This document shows, piece after piece, positions 1 to 12,882 of a stretch of 64,000 bases of DNA. Position 1 is the first letter of the stretch. Each line of letters starts with the position of its first letter. The notes beneath the pieces were generated by a model. It saw only the letters and a list, made by a program, of their open reading frames with translations, did no database searches and was not told where the DNA came from. The position numbers and the translations under genes were made by a program. This stretch comes from Aplysia californica (Eukaryota), in NCBI RefSeq assembly GCF_000002075.1, contig NW_004797726.1, forward strand, positions 542,335 to 606,334, given 5' to 3'.

Positions 1-844
1 CCCCCCCCACCTGCCCCCACCCCCTCTGTGTTTTCAGTCTTTGTGTTTGCTCTTTCAATTGACTATTTGGCCATTATTTTGTCGACGTGCTTTTCTTTTG
101 TCAAACATGTAGGATTTAGAAATCTTCGGGGACAGTGGGCATTTGAGCTGAAGGAGGGTGAGTGGTTTGAGGGCGCGGCGCCACTGTTACCTCCGACGTC
201 TTTTCTTTCCCTCTGTGGTTTCTGTTTGTTCCAACTTCTTTTCTTTCCCTCTGTTGTTTCTGTTTGTTTATCTGCCTTGGGTTGTTTTTTCCCCCTGCAC
301 CAAACGACTTGTATCGTGCCGACGTGCTTCTCTTTGCTCAAACAAAACAACAACAAAAAACTGCAGGAAGACAGTCTTCCAGTCGGGACGTGTTTTGCTG
401 TACGTCGTGGTCTGGCCTGCTGGGTCTCCTCAGGTACAGCGTTGTCCTTTGACAGTCTTCGTGAGGAGTCCAGAATCAACAGGCCACTTCGCGTTGATTG
501 GCGCCGCCTAACGCCCTACAGATGCTCGTAAAGGGAAATAACTCAGTGTTGCTCGGATGTCTGGTGCTCTGTTATTGTAATTATTCATTATTAATCGTTG
601 GTGTTTGTGTGTGGAGGAGGGGGGAGGGGTCGGGGGTCTGAACTTTCTACTGACCTACTGGTGTGGTGTTTCAGAAGCCTGCGTCTTCCAACTTATTTGT
701 GCACCTGGTTGTGTTCGTGGTTCGCTTCTTCTCGATTGCATCACACTAAGACTTGAGATAAATTGGGCCGCCCTGCTCGCTTCATCTGTCGGCCCGTATA
801 GCTTCTCTTGTAGTGTCAGTGCGGTTGGCCACGTTTCCTGTCTC

Positions 845-1240
845 AGAGTGGGTGGGCGGGTGGTTGGCGGGTGCTCTGGTGTGGTCTGCTCCTTCTTTCC
901 TATCAAACGCCTATCATCCTTATCAGAAATCTACCCTCCTTATTTTTTATGTTTGTTACGGTACTCGCTTGTAACACCTCTAATCTTCTGGCGCTCATAT
1001 GACCTTATGCAGTTGCAAGCGCTGAAAAACCTCTACTAAAACAAACTAAACAAGAGTGGGTGGTTGGCGGGTGCTCTGGTGTGGTTTGCTTCTTCTTTCC
1101 TATCAAACATCTATCGTCGTTATGGCCCCATCTTCTTTTTTATGTTTGTTACTCTCTTGTAACACCTCTAATCTTCGGCACTTATATGACTTTATTGTCC
1201 TGCAAGTGCCATAAAACTCTTAGTAAAACTACAAAAAAAA
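845..1240 (+). mobile_element. Two head-to-tail copies of a ~190-bp retroposon (gggtggttggcgggtgctctggtgtgg ... taaaactaaa)
   Basis: Units at about 856-1052 and 1053-1240; the same family recurs at least 8 more times in the window. Confidence 0.88.
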
Positions 1241-1406
1241 CTATGTCTCAGGGCCCTGTGTATCTTGCAGTGCTGAAGGATTTCATGGTTCTCCTTTCTA
1301 ATCAATTCAGGCCGTCAACGATGGGCTTGCCGAAAGAAATCATAATTTTAATCTTCATCTATCATTTATCTACCTCCATGTGTACACTCTCACAGACACG
1401 CCTGCA

Positions 1407-1408
<2 letters not shown>

Positions 1409-1490
<82 letters not shown>
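1409..1490. repeat. (CT)n microsatellite; other microsatellites at 4148-4206 (GA), 8688-8772 and 11387-11438 (CA), 18343-18404 (CT), 18697-18788 (CCAA/CCTA), 36327-36402 (TG)
   Basis: Direct reading of the sequence. Confidence 0.98.
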
Positions 1491-1495
<5 letters not shown>

Positions 1496-3665
1496 ACATA
1501 GCCCCCCTTCTCTGCCTGTCTTGTACATTCATAACATACGAAACGGTCTTCAAGGCCGCGTGCTGACTGATGCATGTCTACTGTCTACCCCGGGTAGATG
1601 TAACCAGCAGAGCCAGCGCCCGCCTGTTGCTGACTCGCCCGGTATCGATTGCCTTTCAAGTGTTGATTGTTTGTTGTTTGTCTCTGACTGGCCAGCCAAT
1701 GCCGAGCTAGAACTGCCGGCTGGTGAAACAACGCCACTGGCCCTGCCCGCGGGTTTCTTAGCAACTACGGACATACGGGTGGAAGCATGGGGGGAGAGGG
1801 TGGGCTGCTAAAGAGAATGAGGTAGGCTGGATGGATGAGATGATGGAAACTGAGAAGGGCTGAGTTGGGTGTGGTCCGTGGCATCAGCTTGTCCCCGAGG
1901 GGTATATTCAAGACTTTTGAAAAGTCGCTGAAAGTGAGAAGAGCGGAGATTATAATCATGTCGTGTCGATCATACCGGGGTAGTAAGTCTGTGTCTTACG
2001 AGTTGTCATGGAGAGTGCTTCGGGGGAAACTCGGGTGGAGAGGGGAATGGTGAGGGTGCGAAAGTTTGCTGCGCGTTTTTTATGTGTACCTGTGGCTATA
2101 CATTAAAAAATTTTANNNNNNNNNNNNNNNNNNNNNNNNNNNNNNNNNNNNNNNNNNNNNNNNNNNNNNNNNNNNNNNNNNNNNNNNNNNNNNNNNNNNN
2201 NNNNNNNNNNNNNNNNNNNNNNNNNNNNNNNNNNNNNNNNNNNNNNNNNNNNNNNNNNNNNNNNNNNNNNNNNNNNNNNNNNNNNNNNNNNNNNNNNNNN
2301 NNNNNNNNNNAATAATATGATTAAGCTTGGGAAGCTAAATAGGGGGAATTGTGTATTTAGCCATTTGGTTCTAACGAGGTTTAATGTTTGAATCATTGTA
2401 TTTGAAGTGAGGGACGTTATTTTAATTCTTGTCCACGAATTTCTCCGCAGTCCTAATGAGTTGGTCTCGATATCGTATCATGTCAGAGCGAAGTGAACAT
2501 ACGAAATGCCTGCCTGGGGAGGGGGGGGGGGGTAAATTAATTTCTCTTAATGGTTGCAGGCATGAAATGTGACTTCGTAAGTGTGTGTACCACGGTTTGA
2601 ACTTTTCTTTTATGGTTTTCTTGCACTGTAATGGAAAGACTAGTACTTATTGGCTGCTCAGGTGTATAGATCTTTCGAGTGTTTCTTTTTATCTAAAGCA
2701 AATCAACTTCTGGCTTGGTCTGGCCTTTTGTGTGCCTACTTGCAGTTAACTGTTTCTGAATACCTGACTTACGTAGCTTATTTAGGATAAAGTTTACTTG
2801 AAATGGATATCCATTTGCCCATCGCCCGCTTGAGAATGTGAGAAGTCTCTGAGAAATCGATTAGAAAAAAATGTGTTAAAAAGCAATCCATCATAGTTTG
2901 TAACTCGCCATTCTTTTATTGACGAACAGCCGAGGTGATGTAGCGTCTAATCAGTTTTGTTGAACCCAGTCAGTGCTTCAAAACGTGCCTGATTTAGGTT
3001 TGGGAAAAATTGAAATGCGCTTTGATAAGTAAAGCTATTATTTGTTAACATTTTTCTGAAGCTGTTCCCAAGGAGATGGGCATGAAGTCTGACTGCTATC
3101 GGGGGTGATAAGACCAGTGGGTAATTTCTGGCCCGGCGATGGTCTCTGCGTGTGGATGTGCCGAGATGAGTTGCCTTAGCAACAGCTGTCAGAAACGATC
3201 TCGAGCCCCTGAGGTGTGTATGTATGGTTTGAAGTGATACGGCTAGGATCAGAAAAAACACACTCTTAACTTACTAAAGTTGCTTAGTTCTTGTGGAGAT
3301 CACGCAATGAGACCGGGCCGTGCCGTTTTACAATACAAGTAATTTGCAAAATGTTCACATTGCCCCAGTACAGATTAGATAGTAATTGACACCAGTGCTG
3401 CTGATGTTGGTCCCTCCCGCTTCTTCGCCACGCCACTGTTCGTTGAGTCATCTCAAATTGTAACGTCGCGTCGCCTCTCACCAACACCAATGCTCTGTGC
3501 GAGAATCACCGTGTCTGCGCCATCATCAGAACTTGACGGACATCTTCATTTTCTTGAGTTGCAATAATTGTCGACATCACTTTTTGCTTACCGACTTCAT
3601 TGTCGGTCATTCTTGTACGACGTACCGGTATTTGAGTGGATGGTCTGGTGGGCCGCGCGAGCGCA

Positions 3666-3779
3666 ATGGAGGTGTCCACGTGGGTGCTCTATGCCTTCTG
3701 CCCGTGCCGCAGGGACAAACATCGGAAACATTATGCGGCCCAAACTCCAAGCACTGGCAATACAGCTGCAGATACCAAA
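3666..3779 (+). CDS. Candidate internal alternative first coding exon MEVSTWVLYAFCPCRRDKHRKHYAAQTPSTGNTAADTK
   Basis: Strong Kozak context GcaATGG, 38 codons, phase-0 donor AAA|gtaatt compatible with the phase-0 exons at 6973 and 4702, CpG-rich upstream sequence, and a W..CPCR motif like the Kalirin Duet N-terminus. Confidence 0.62.
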
Positions 3780-4142
3780 GTAATTACAATCTTATTGTGA
3801 TGTGATTTTGTCTTTTTTTTTTGCTCTTGTTACACTGTATGCTTCTATCTACTATAGTCGCTTTTGAATAAATTTGAAAAGTATCTTCTCAGTGTAGATT
3901 GCAGTCGTCATCTTTCGTGTCTGTTCATTCAACGTCTTTGTTGAAAGTCGTATCTCTCTTTGCTTATCCTGGTTTTGAGCTTGTGGCGACAATAGTGTTA
4001 GTTTGTTTATAGGTTGATTTTAGAGATTTGAAAACTGTTCATGTTAAAAGATGTGGATTTTTATGTCCACAATATGGTGGGGTGAGGGAAGACAGTTTTT
4101 AAAAAAAATGTTAGTGTATGGCTGAAAGAGACACACAGACTG

Positions 4143-4206
<64 letters not shown>

Positions 4207-4701
4207 NNNNNNNNNNNNNNNNNNNNNNNNNNNNNNNNNNNNNNNNNNNNNNNNNNNNNNNNNNNNNNNNNNNNNNNNNNNNNNNNNNNNNNNNNNNNNN
4301 NNNNNNCCCACCATGTGGCTACCATTTTGTTTGCCTGATTGTTTATGACCATGATGGCATATAGATATGTAGCCATGAACTAGTTTCGGATGGAGGTACT
4401 CTGGGTTTATATAGGCCTAATACCAAATTCACTGAATGTTAGGGTATTCTGAAGATGAGAACTTCAGAATGATACAAAAAACAGAAAAGAAAGGCTTGTG
4501 ATTTGTTGTTTTTGATTGTTTAGCTTTGTTCCGAGTTCACCAAAATTAGTTGAGAACAAGTCCCAGACAGGTCTTGGCAAAAAGGTTATTATCTTGCCTC
4601 TGTGTGAAGAAGTCCACAATGCTATGAAATGACAAATAAGCACGCTGTCCCCTACTAGCTGGTGTTGTGAGGGAGCCGTGACCTTTGTGTTGTTCCCCCA
4701 G

Positions 4702-4791
4702 GCCTCCCAGCTGACACTCAAGTCCCAGCCCGAGGCCGCCTCCTCCATGGACCTGGCCAATCAGATCGAGAGTATCGTCAAACAAAGAATT
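4702..4791 (+). CDS. TRIO: Trio exon, pre-DH2 linker [30 protein letters not shown]
   Basis: ccccag| ... |gtgagt, phase 0-0; resembles Trio SAAELVSAIEELVKSKM. Confidence 0.85.
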
Positions 4792-7700
4792 GTGAGTACA
4801 AGATGACCTTTTTGACAGGTCTCTCTCTTCTGTCCTGTTTGGATTTTTTGGACATTGTCTACTTAAGAATTTTCCGTCTGATGTATGATATGAATATTTT
4901 TAAAAGAACAAGTGAAGAATGTGTTTTTGCATTGTCAAATTAAGAATTGTCTATCTCAGTATGATATGAGTATTTTCTAAAAGAGAAGTGGATTTGTTTC
5001 TGCTCTGTCAGGTTTACATTTTTCTATCCTATTGTGATTTGAATATAGTCAGTGTTGGAGGTAATCTTTGAAACAGAAAGGCGTTAAATTAAAAGGGGAC
5101 CAAAAACTCTATTAATTTTGTCTTTCGATATATCCGTACATAGTATTGTGCTAACAGCAACTTACAAAGTAGTCAGATTAACATTAAGTTTAGCTGGTTT
5201 CTGTCATACAAAATCTTTTACAATGTAGGATGGACACTATTTATACTGGTTAACTCATAGCCTGTCGGTGTACAAAGTGTTTCCTTCTTATATTAAGAGA
5301 TCTGTTGTGGACTCAATTTTGAATTTATCTAAAGGTGTTTTTGTTTTTTTCTTGAGTACTACAGACTGAGTGTGACATTTCACATAAGAGTCAGAAACTG
5401 AATAAAACATTTCTCTCTTTGGAGATTGATTTTACAACTTATTTTGCAACTTGACAACTTGCAGTTTATGTTTTTTAATTCATTTCTGATATTCTTATTT
5501 TTTATTATCTTGAGCATATGTGTTGACTATGTATTCTGTTGTGTGTGTAGGAGCCATCAGGAGATGCCAGCTCAACGTCTGCTGCTAAAGCAGACTTGAC
5601 CTCAATGTCTGCGGAAGAAAGTCAGGTCTCTCTGGAGGAACGACAGAGTAACAAAGATGATGGACAGATCGAGAAAGATGAGAAGGACGGAATGAAAGAG
5701 GATGAAGACGATGATGACAAAGGAGAGACTGGAGGAGATAAAGAGTCGGAGAAGGCGAAATATCTGAAGAAAAGACAGTAAGTGTTTTGTATGTCCAGTG
5801 TTGTCAACTCCTGCTTGAAGTTGTCCTTTCGATTTCTGTTCTAGTCAGTCACTAAAGACTAAAGGTGACGTCAATAAAATATTGATGAATTTCTACAGAA
5901 GTCCAATGTATCCGTCAATGATCTCTTTTCAAGGGTCGATCAGTTCGAGAGCAATAAAATCTGAGGGCTAGTCAGTGTCTGGTAATGGACAATGGTCAAT
6001 GTGTATGAGGGCTATAGTTGCGTCTTTGTGCATGTGCACTTGTGTGTATGGCACACTTGTTCGTCTTTGTTATCTTAAGCTTCATTTGCCTGAAATTTTT
6101 TTCTTTGATAATCAGAAACTATATGAGTGGTCTCCCAGCTTGTCTCTGAAGCTTTCTTTCTCCAGATTTTGCATTTTCTTCTCAATTTCCCCATCTCCCC
6201 AATTTTCTTAGAGTTTTGACTGCCGAAACGTTAGCCCACACTGCATCCCATTTTCTTTAATAAGTTGGTCTGTTTTCCTGAAATTATTAGATGTTCCAGG
6301 CCTTTGTAAGATAATGTTTTATCTTCAAGTTTTCTCTAAATTTTTGTTAATCTTTTGATGGGGTTTAGTTTTAGTAATGTAACGCCAAAAAAACCCACAA
6401 AACAAACAGGCCTGAGCATGCCTTTTCTTCTTGTACTGTCAGTAGTTTTTGTGCCTTAATGAATAAATGCCTTCCTTATTTGGAAGATAAGAAATACATT
6501 TTTGGAAAACAGTGGCAATTTTGTAGTTATGCACAACAAAGCGTGAAATGTGGTGTACTATACATTTTTATTTATATGTGTGTGTGTGTGTTGGGGGGGG
6601 GGAGTGAGTGAGTCAGACAGTTTTTTCACTGGCCAGGCTCCAAGATGACATTTTTCGTTTGCATCAAGGTAAGTTGCGACCAGTAACTGTCCTCTCAAGG
6701 TAATGTATTGTCCTCCTGCCTCCATGCCCTGACGGCACTGACGACAGTTTTGACCTTCTTCTAATGTTGCTTTGATTTGTCAGTATTTAAATGACCAGAC
6801 TGTACATATTGACCTGTGACTTCTCTACCTGAAAACCCTCGTAGGACTACCTTTAACGTTCCCTGTCTGGCCTTTGTTTCCCTTCCAATGTCTTCCAGCC
6901 ATTGTATTTGTCTGTTGCTTGAACCTTACAAAAAGCTTTCTTTATCAAATATTTCTTCTCTAATGTCTCCAGGACTCTACGGGTGGAGAGAGCGTTGTCA
7001 CGGGCGACCAGACCATCGCGCCCCAGGTGGCTGTGGTCAACCAGAAGAGCCCTCTGGATGCCACCAGCGAGGAGGAGGAACCGGCCCAGGACATTGAGAT
7101 GCCACCACCCATGGAGATCCAGGAGCACTCCTTCAAGCCAGACAACAAGGAAGTCTCCACTGATGATGTCACTACCAAACTGGTCAGTGACTTTTGAATC
7201 CCAAAATTTTGAATTAGTAAAAACTGCAGTCTTTTATTAGTCTGTGGTATCGGTTGCATGTGCTCAAGAAATAAATTCAAATTTTAAATGCTGAAAAAAG
7301 GAGGGGGGAAAAAACATTTAAAAATTAATTTTTTTTTAAAACGTACACTCTGTACAATTTACAAAAAAGGTTAAAATGCTTTTTTCTCTCGCCTGAAATA
7401 TGTTGCTTTCAGGAGTAGAAAAGTTGGAACAGCTTGCTGACTGTAGTGATTTTTTCCGCTGATTAAGAACTTTGGTATGGTCAATGCAATTAACTGTTAC
7501 CATGAGTATCCCTGCATACTCNNNNNNNNNNNNNNNNNNNNNNNNNNNNNNNNNNNNNNNNNNNNNNNNNNNNNNNNNNNNNNNNNNNNNNNNNNNNNNN
7601 NNNNNNNNNNNNNNNNNNNNNTATATATATATACAGTCAAACCTGCCCTGACGGCCACATCTATAAGACGGCCATCTGTACAAATGGCCACTTTCCATTT

Positions 7701-8702
7701 CCCCCCTTGCGTTTTTTCTATAAAATTTAACTGTAAAACGGTCACCTGTCCAACGCGGCCACGGCCACCATATTTTAACCCCTATCACACCAAGCAATAA
7801 CACCTGTCTTAGACGGGCACCTTAGTGACTCCATTACGCTTTTTCATAATTTGTGCATTGACCCTTGGCGTTGTGGGCGAGCCTTCATAATCCAGTCCCC
7901 TGTCATTGTTGTTAAGTAGTCCCTCATGTTGTGTAGGCCCCTCCCACTGCTGACCAATAGGTAACAAATTTTCAGCTGCTGGTGAGGTAAGCGTGTGATA
8001 GAACTCATACACAAGTCGTAAGTGAGATGAGTGGTCACTGTTTACCCAGTCTGTTACAAAGTAACAATGGACGTCAACATGAATTTGTGACAGAAGCATC
8101 GCTCATTCTCCGAGTGGTGGCGACTCGTGTATTTGTTTTAACGTGGCACTAGGTCCTCTTTGTCTGACACATTTTGTTTTATTGTCACCCTTGCGCAAAA
8201 TCAGCAATAAAAGAAAAATAACAAACAAAATACAAACCAACAAGAACAAAAAACAACAACGCGGCTCCTTTCGATTGGGACCTCAAATTGAATGGTTTGT
8301 TTTCTTCATCATGATCAGTCCTGCCTAAGACGGCCACCTATCTTATACGGCCACTTTTCTCCTTGACAATGGGTGGCCGTCTTACTCAGGTTTGACTGTA
8401 TATTTGTTTGTTTTAACCATTGGATTGTATGGTATGTTGTCTTGATATGAATGAAGGCTTTAATGGGAGCATGATAATTTTCTTTGTTTAAAGGATGTTA
8501 GGGTTGGATTTCGCAATCAAATTAACCTACTGTCACTCTCCCAGGGCTACATGGCAGTGATGCGAGACAACCCCCTGCCAGAAGACATGGTTGGCAAGGA
8601 CAAAATTGTGTTTGGAAACATTCACCAGATTTATGACTGGCACAATGAGTAAGTTTCAGTTACCCCTCTGCTTCATGCTATGTTTCTGCACACACACACT
8701 CA

Positions 8703-8771
<69 letters not shown>

Positions 8772-11385
8772 ACTCATGCGCATGCATGTATACACATAAT
8801 ACAAATATAACCTTGTATACACATACACCATTTTTTGTTTGCACATGTCTATTTAATGCAAATGAATGTGCCACAACGTGGTGGAATCGAGCGCTCTTTA
8901 ATTTTTGGACATATGGAGTTATTGGTAGTTCCTGAAAGCTAATTTATTTGTCTTGTTTTCATTGAAATAATATTCGTTTATCTTGGATAGAACTCAGGAT
9001 ATTTGTGATTGAAAGAAGTGAGATCGCCTGGTTTCAGTGGTGAAATTAGCGAGAAAATGGCCACCAAAGTTTAGTAACTCCAATAGCTTAAAGATTCTTT
9101 GAACACTGAAATATTTTGTGCCTTTAATCAATGTTTTTCCGTAAAATTCACCTGGAAATGTGTTTTTATATGGACACAAAAGATGTTAAGCCAAAAAATA
9201 AAAATTCGATCAAAATGTCCAAACTGGGGGGGGAAATGCCTGTTTCTCCGATTTTGTTATTTTGATGAGCACCCGATTTCACCCTGTTGCCTCACAAATA
9301 ATTCTTGGTCTAACTGTGTGTGTTTTCAGAACAATGCTCTCAGAGCTAGAGAAATGCCTTGCAAACCCTGGCAGAGTTGGCTCTATTTTCATCCGTTATG
9401 TGAGTACTACGCTCTTATCATAATGACTTTTTAAAAATAGTATTTATTGTTTATTTATGTCGTGGGATTAATTATCTGTCATTTTCAGTAGAAGTTTTAT
9501 CTTTTAGATTACCTGTCTTTGTCAGTGGAAGCTTTATCCTGCTGATTACCTGTCTTTATTTATGGAAGTTCGGATCCGTCGAACTTTTGGATTTTCCGGG
9601 TGGTAAACATTATATATGGACATAGGAAGATGGTGGTCCTTCGTGGAGTGAAGTTCTTTTGTAGATGTAACTTCACCATCATATGACGAAGACGTGTAGT
9701 CGATAACCGTGGGGAAGTTTTTATAGTATCTCAGTCTTTTCTTGGGACTTTGTGTCTCTTTCACCTAAGTTGGCCCTGACAGGCATGGTCTACACTGCCC
9801 ACCTCCTAGATTATCTAAATAGTGTTGATTGGGGTGTAAAACCACCTACAATTATAATTTTCTCATGTAATTTCACTAATCTCTGGATGGAACTGGATTG
9901 TACAGAAACTTGGATTGAGTTGTATGCGAATGTTGATTTTATTGTAGAGAATTGTGGGGACAATTCTTGATTTAGAAATGTAAAGAAAACCATAAGACCA
10001 AGATGCACTGATTACACATTCATTACTGCTTAGGTAATTGCCTGACTACTATTAATTTTTGACACAATGCCTCTTACGCGAGACTTCAGGAGACTTTTAA
10101 AGATATAAGGTTATAAACTTGGAGGATAGCAATTAGAGGATAGGGAAGAGACAAAGAGTAAATGTTTGAACCGTCAGCTTATGTCAGTGAACTTGTCTTT
10201 AATTGCTTGTAATATTTGTTCCTATTGGTACCTGGACTTTCCCTGACACTGTGTTTTCTTTCATCTCAACAGGAGCGGAGATTGTACATGTATGTAAAAT
10301 ACTGCGAAAATAAACCCAAGTCTGAATTTGTCGTCTCAGAATACCTTGACACCTATTTTGAGGTGAGTTGTTTATTGGTCTATTGAGGTCAAGAAGACCT
10401 GACAAATTGAATAATTATAGTGTTGATTCTTTGTGTTGTGTTTTGCTGTCTGTTTTAAGGAGTCCTTTATTGGTTTTGACATGGGTGGTTGGCATCTGCT
10501 CTGGGATGGTTTGCTCCCACTTCTATTCTTTGGCACTTATACGACCTTATTGTATTGCTAGTTCCGTAAAACTCTTACTAAAACTGAAACATCAGTTTTT
10601 ATCATCTTTTCTCTTTCTGGGTATTTTTTTTCATATTACTCAAAGGTTACACAATTGATGTAAGGCTCTTTTTGTCATATTTGTGTCCCAAGTGCCATAA
10701 AACTCTAATTAAAAGTAAATTTAGTTTTTACAGTCTCTACTCTAATGTATGCCTAATGTATTATTCTGTTCTGTTACTCTGACAACTGCCAATAAAAGGG
10801 CTCTGGACACATACAAAATGAGGAGAGTTAATTTTTCTTCTGTGTAACATTTTAGCTTCTATTCAGTCATGTGTCAATTTGTAATGTGTTGGCATAACGT
10901 AAAAGTTCTCTTTGTTTTCAGGAGGTACGCCAGAAACTGGGTCATCGACTTATGCTGCCAGACCTGTTGATCAAACCAGTGCAAAGGATAATGCGCTATC
11001 AATTGTTGCTCAAAGTAAGTCTGCATAAATATTTTTGAAATCTCACTTTTATATTTGGGATCATTCTTGTGTGGATGTGACCTGGGCTCATTGCTTGAGG
11101 GTTTTCTGTGATGGTTGCCTCCACACCGATAGAATAAGTTCTTTTTCCAACTCTGTCTGTAAAGTTCAAATATTATCTCTTACTTTATTACATTTTGGTG
11201 AATATTTTGAGGGTGATTTTGATATGTTTCTTTTGATAGGTGCATTTACTAGCAAATTGGCATGACTTTGCAACTGTAGTGAAGTCTTCTGAGCTTTTTG
11301 GATAGGCATGCAAAGCCACAAAACTTCACAATTACTCCGTCTCAACATTTTCGATAATGCAGAGAGACTCCTGCCTCTCATGCAT

Positions 11386-11440
<55 letters not shown>

Positions 11441-12829
11441 ACACAAGCACACTGTCTTTGAAAAAATGGATGTCAACTTAGAACTTTTTACCAATTCTCT
11501 GGTGTTTTTGTAAAAACTATAGGTTTTGCCTTTAGTTTAACTTTTGTTTACTTTCTCCCTTCCAGGACATTCTCAAGTACACAGAAAAAGCGGAAGAGGA
11601 CCCCACAGAGCTGAAGAAAGCCTTGCGTGTCATGTGCATCGTGCCTAAAGCAGCTAATGATATGATGCAAGTTGGACGTCTGCAAGGCTTTGACGTGAGT
11701 ACTCTGTAGTGATCTTCTGTACATCTTTTTTTTTTATCCTGTATCCTGATATATTCTGCCCGTCTAAACCCATAGTAAATTAGTATATATTTTTTCGTGT
11801 AGTTTGTTTAAAAAATTGTTCATTGTTCTATTCTGCTGTTGTGCTCTCGATACTACCGTGTAAAAATCGAATTCAAACAGTGCAGGGTTTTTCCTTGATA
11901 TTTTTTTCTTCTATTTTTGTGGTACGATGTCTGATGTCCCTAGCCTCCCTTATGTCCCAGATGTCTACTTTCATGCCATTTTGTCTTTTGTGTATTATCT
12001 CCCCTGTCTTTGTTAGATCTTTTCCATCATTTTTTTCCACCAGTCTGTTGACTTATTTTTAGAAAAGCAAAGTATATTTTAAGTGCTTTTTTTCTCGGAG
12101 TTGGCTCTTGCTTGTTTGAATCACATACTATTTAGTTAGGCTATAACTATATTGTGGTTAATGTTTTTTTTAAATTGATATCCTTAGTTATAACTATATT
12201 GTAGATAATGTTTTTTTCTTGATTGATATTTTCAGGGCAAGCTCACAGCTCAAGGAAAGCTGCTGTTGCAGGTCAGTTGCACTGTGGACTTCATTCTTAG
12301 ATTGTTTTGTCACAACTCGAATATTAGCAACAACGGAAATCAATAATTCTTGAATCTTTCACTCAGGAACTTTATTGTTTTGTACATTCATATATCATGA
12401 TGTCCAATGCTTTTCATTACAAAAGAGTAATCAGGAAATGTTGGGTCATAGTGGGGGAAAGGGATGTTTGGTGAAGCCTCTTTTTGATGTTATGTAGCTC
12501 CGGTCAAACTGGATTTGGTAATGTCCCATGTTTAAAAACACCAAATTGAACGCTGGAAACTCATTGTAACATTTTTGGATTCCTCATTAAAAATGTTCCT
12601 TTACTTCTACCAGCTAGCTCACTTTTGTTTCTGTTTGTCCTCCCCAGGATACACTGTTGGTGTCAGAAGTCTCCTCTGGGGGTCAGCAGAAGTTCAAGGA
12701 ACGTCGGGTGTTCCTTTTTGAACAAATCATCATCTTCAGCGAGATGATAGAGAGAAAGAAAGGAAACTTCTCAAATGCCTCCTATATATTCAAGAACAGC
12801 CTCAAGGTATGGATAGTCCGCTCTCATGT

Positions 12830-12882
<53 letters not shown>

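Noticed and set aside
28-2115. Several ORFs of up to 168 aa at the window start
   Set aside because: They run through pyrimidine tracts, retroposon copies and (CT)n; no Trio-like or other recognisable motif.
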